From Flavobacteriaceae bacterium (lineage in GTDB: Bacteria > Bacteroidota > Bacteroidia > Flavobacteriales > Flavobacteriaceae), in NCBI GenBank assembly GCA_023558315.1, contig JAMJVX010000001.1, positions 1,063 to 65,062 on the forward strand: a DNA stretch of 64,000 nt, read 5' to 3'. Below are positions 61,289 to 64,000 of this stretch, piece after piece (the first letter of the stretch is position 1; each line of letters starts with the position of its first letter). The notes below the pieces were generated by a model. It was not told the DNA's origin and ran no database searches. It was given only the letters and a program-made list of their open reading frames with translations. The position numbers were made by a program, and so were the translations under genes.

Positions 61289-61912
61289 TCAATTAACTTT
61301 TTTTGGCTCAGCTTCAGATAATTTTTGAGGATATAAATCTTTTACTTCTTTAATTTTATCTTTCAACTTTTCTTTCTCCTCTATAGATGTTCTCGGATCA
61401 CTGTATTTAGTATCTGCCATCACAAAATCCATTCCCGTCTCAGGAAATCGTTTTGTAAATTCTCTATTTCTCAAATCATTATATGCCGCTACTAATTCAT
61501 TTTGTACAGCTATATAAATTTTATAAGAAGTTTCTCTGTCATTTTTTAATGCAATAATAGCTTTTTGTGGATTATCCGATGAAGCAGGGCTTCTATCTCC
61601 TTGACAATAATCGCAAAAATCTTCATTTTTACCTCCCCCATTATCTAAGAAGGCAATTGCTTCTGCTCTCAAATCACTAAGTTCCATCAATTTTTCTTCA
61701 ACCAATAAATCATTATTTTTATTTACAACCACTGTAAATATATTTTTTTCTTTAATAATTGGTTGATCCTCAGGTTCTTCCATTGGAGGCAACTTCCTAT
61801 TAATCCCTGAATCAGTTTCAATAGTAGTAGTTACCAAGAAAAATATTAATAGTAAAAATGCGATATCTGCCATAGAACCTGCATTTACCTCTGGTGCTGA
61901 TCGCTTCGCCAT
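61289..61912 (-). CDS. exbD: ExbD/TolR family biopolymer transport protein (long form)
   Basis: EVNAGSMADIAFLLLIFFLVTT. 207 aa. Confidence 0.8.
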   Translation of the reverse strand: MAKRSAPEVNAGSMADIAFLLLIFFLVTTTIETDSGINRKLPPMEEPEDQPIIKEKNIFTVVVNKNNDLLVEEKLMELSDLRAEAIAFLDNGGGKNEDFCDYCQGDRSPASSDNPQKAIIALKNDRETSYKIYIAVQNELVAAYNDLRNREFTKRFPETGMDFVMADTKYSDPRTSIEEKEKLKDKIKEVKDLYPQKLSEAEPKKVN

Positions 61913-61919
61913 AACTTTT

Positions 61920-62372
61920 TTATTTGTTAAAAATTATTTTTTTAATTCCGAAAAATAGCATACTTCCTATAGCAATTGCTGCTAAACAATAGAATATTCT
62001 TAATCCAGCACCTACCCATCTTGAGGCATTTGCGGATAATATCTCTCCATCTTTTAGCGGTGTCTCTACACCTGTTGAAGCTAAGTAACTTACTAAAACT
62101 ACAACACCAAAAAGACCAATCCATAGTAATGATTTTTTTAATTTTTGAGGATTAAAAAAGACATCTTTAAATGAAAACAATAGAATAAGTAATACACTTA
62201 TATCGAAAATTACAATTGCAATAGTAAACAAGGGAGATATTGTATTATAGTTTCCTTGTGCAGCAAGTAACTTAATTTCCTCATCTCCAGTTCTAATTAT
62301 AGAGAATAGGAAGAATAAAGAAGTTACTCCGACTATAGCAATGATTATTTGAATTATTTTTTGAAGTTTCAT
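61920..62372 (-). CDS. hypothetical four-helix membrane protein inside the exbB-exbD operon
   Basis: Four hydrophobic segments. Its ATG overlaps the exbB stop codon by 1 nt. Confidence 0.45.
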   Translation of the reverse strand: MKLQKIIQIIIAIVGVTSLFFLFSIIRTGDEEIKLLAAQGNYNTISPLFTIAIVIFDISVLLILLFSFKDVFFNPQKLKKSLLWIGLFGVVVLVSYLASTGVETPLKDGEILSANASRWVGAGLRIFYCLAAIAIGSMLFFGIKKIIFNK

Positions 62373-63235
62373 TATTTGATTTTTTGTTCAACTAAAACAT
62401 CAATAAGACTTATAGAAGCGTCTTCCATATCGTTTACGATAGCATCAATTTTAGCTACAATGTAATTATAAAATATTTGAAGTATAATCGCAACAATAAG
62501 ACCAAATACTGTAGTCAAAAGTGCTACTTTAATACCTCCTGCTACTAAAGAAGGTTGCATGTCTCCTGCGGCTTCGATTTTGTCAAATGCTTGAATCATC
62601 CCTATTACTGTTCCCATGAAACCAAGCATAGGAGCCAAAGCAATAAATAAAGAAATCCAAGATACATTTTTCTCTAACTGTCCCATTTGAACGCCTCCGT
62701 AAGCAATTACTGCTTTTTCTGCGCTTTCTACACCTTCATTTGCTCTATCCAATCCTTGGTAGAATATTGATGCTACAGGACCTCTTGTATTTCTACAAAC
62801 TTCCTTTGCAGATTCTACACCTCCTTCTGAGATAGCTTTTTCTACATTTTCAATTAATTTTTTACTATTAGTAGTTGCTAAATTAAGGAAAATTATACGC
62901 TCAATTGCAATTGCTAAACCTAGTATTAAACATATTAATACAATCCCCATAAAACCTGGACCTCCTTCAATAAAACGATTTTTTAACTCTTGAGTAAAGG
63001 AACGCTCTGCCGCGGCAGGAACTTCTGCTTCCTCTTCAGTCATTTCTGATTCTTGCATTTCTTCTTCGACTTGCATAGTATCAGAACTCATCGCTTGTTG
63101 TTCATCCATTTGTTCAGCACCGTCTTCCATATTAGAAGTTTCTTGTTGTGAAACAATTGGGGTTATTAAAAAATTTGTTTGAGCACTTAAACTCAAACTA
63201 CTTATTAAGATAATGGTAAATAATATTCTTTTCAT
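62372..63235 (-). CDS. exbB: MotA/TolQ/ExbB proton-channel family protein with acidic N-terminal extension
   Basis: APMLGFMGTVIGMIQAF and VALLTTVFGLIVAI. Signal peptide plus a Glu/Met/Gln-rich region. Confidence 0.85.
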   Translation of the reverse strand: MKRILFTIILISSLSLSAQTNFLITPIVSQQETSNMEDGAEQMDEQQAMSSDTMQVEEEMQESEMTEEEAEVPAAAERSFTQELKNRFIEGGPGFMGIVLICLILGLAIAIERIIFLNLATTNSKKLIENVEKAISEGGVESAKEVCRNTRGPVASIFYQGLDRANEGVESAEKAVIAYGGVQMGQLEKNVSWISLFIALAPMLGFMGTVIGMIQAFDKIEAAGDMQPSLVAGGIKVALLTTVFGLIVAIILQIFYNYIVAKIDAIVNDMEDASISLIDVLVEQKIK

Positions 63236-63307
63236 TTTATATTTTAATTTTGGGTGCGAATATATAAAAAAATATTAATAGGCATACTAATTTTTTATAT
63301 TTTGTTA

Positions 63308-64000
63308 TCAACTATTCATTTTTAAATAGATTTTCTCTCCTACTTTTTTTTGTGCTAAAATGGCTATTGACTCTTCTGTAAGTTGTGCAATTCTATAATA
63401 TCCCCCCGTTATTTGACAATCAGGCATTGCAATTAAACAATTCCCAGAAGGAGTTAATTGTACTGTGCCTGGAAGTACTAAAGCACTATGTATATCTGTT
63501 TTTTGAGAATAAAAAGTACTTTCCATCCTGTATCCCATTCTATTATTAGCAGAAACAGTTAAAGGATTATTTATATTATCCTTTTGTTTCTTATGTAATT
63601 TAGGCCATTCTGGTCCAGAGTTACATTTTAGTTTATTTATATTATAATCTATTTTTTTAATGAGATATTTTTTTTTGTTTTTAGTGTTTTTAAAATAAAA
63701 AGAAATTATCATTCCTTTTTCTAATTTTTTAATGGGAGTTATTGGATAGCAAAAACTTTGACTTTTGAATATTTTTTCACTAACAATACCCCCCTCAAAA
63801 GCGATGTATGTTCGGACCCTATTTTCTACTTTACCTATAGATAGCACATCTCCAACTTTGCAAAAAACACTTGAGTACATAGGTATTTCTTTATTATTTA
63901 GGGTTGCGTTTACCTTTGCACCTGTAATTGCTATTGAAATTGGTTTTTGAATTAATAAGGTAGGACCTAAAAGTGTACATTCTAATACTGCAGTAGTTTT
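63308..64000 (-). CDS. pxpC: 5-oxoprolinase subunit C / allophanate hydrolase subunit 2 family protein, N-terminus beyond the window edge
   Basis: The frame is open to position 64000 (KTTAVLECTLLGPTLLIQKPISIAITGAKVNATLNNKEIPMYSS...). C-terminal QITGGYYRIAQLTEESIAILAQKKVGEKIYL is typical of the family. Confidence 0.6.
   Translation of the reverse strand, partial: KTTAVLECTLLGPTLLIQKPISIAITGAKVNATLNNKEIPMYSSVFCKVGDVLSIGKVENRVRTYIAFEGGIVSEKIFKSQSFCYPITPIKKLEKGMIISFYFKNTKNKKKYLIKKIDYNINKLKCNSGPEWPKLHKKQKDNINNPLTVSANNRMGYRMESTFYSQKTDIHSALVLPGTVQLTPSGNCLIAMPDCQITGGYYRIAQLTEESIAILAQKKVGEKIYLKMNS

Noticed and set aside
61942-62124. 60-aa minus-strand ORF in an alternative frame inside the 61920..62372 membrane-protein gene.
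   Set aside because: It sits on the same strand in a different frame inside a longer ORF with four clear hydrophobic helices. Its translation is Arg/Cys/Trp-rich and looks non-coding.

Overview
This window looks like a 64 kb stretch of chromosome from a low-GC Bacteroidota genome, probably Flavobacteriia. The evidence is exact TAnnTTTG -7 promoter boxes in front of about 20 genes, a tmRNA with the tag GENKFALAA, an ExbB/ExbD/ExbD cluster, a TonB-dependent receptor with a CarboxypepD_reg-like N-terminus, and DUF4252 and T9SS-style proteins. Coding density is very high: neighbouring genes often overlap by 1-40 nt, and two convergent pairs share overlapping stop codons.

The content is mostly housekeeping: hemL, tsaD, fumC, guaB, SOD, split transketolase, kynU, pth, L25, prs, ggt, yaaA, secDF, trxA, dnaE, frr, pyrH, one tRNA-Leu(CAA) and ssrA. 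I found no transposase, integrase, prophage, CRISPR array or recognisable defence island, and I cannot point to a clearly novel multi-gene system.

The parts most worth a second look are:
- a five-gene radical-SAM cluster of the arsenosugar (ArsS) type with no arsM in view;
- a TamB-like gene whose first 228 codons are open but have no canonical start codon;
- an ABC-F ATPase with one completely degenerate ATP site;
- a DnaE carrying an intact N-terminal DEDD exonuclease domain;
- a TacA/TacT-like toxin-antitoxin pair preceded by GTACA repeats spaced 15 bp apart;
- tandem TonB C-terminal paralogues that share a near-identical 54-nt patch;
- a start-less ORF of higher GC next to ssrA.

All calls come from reading the translations and the sequence by eye. 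No database search was run.
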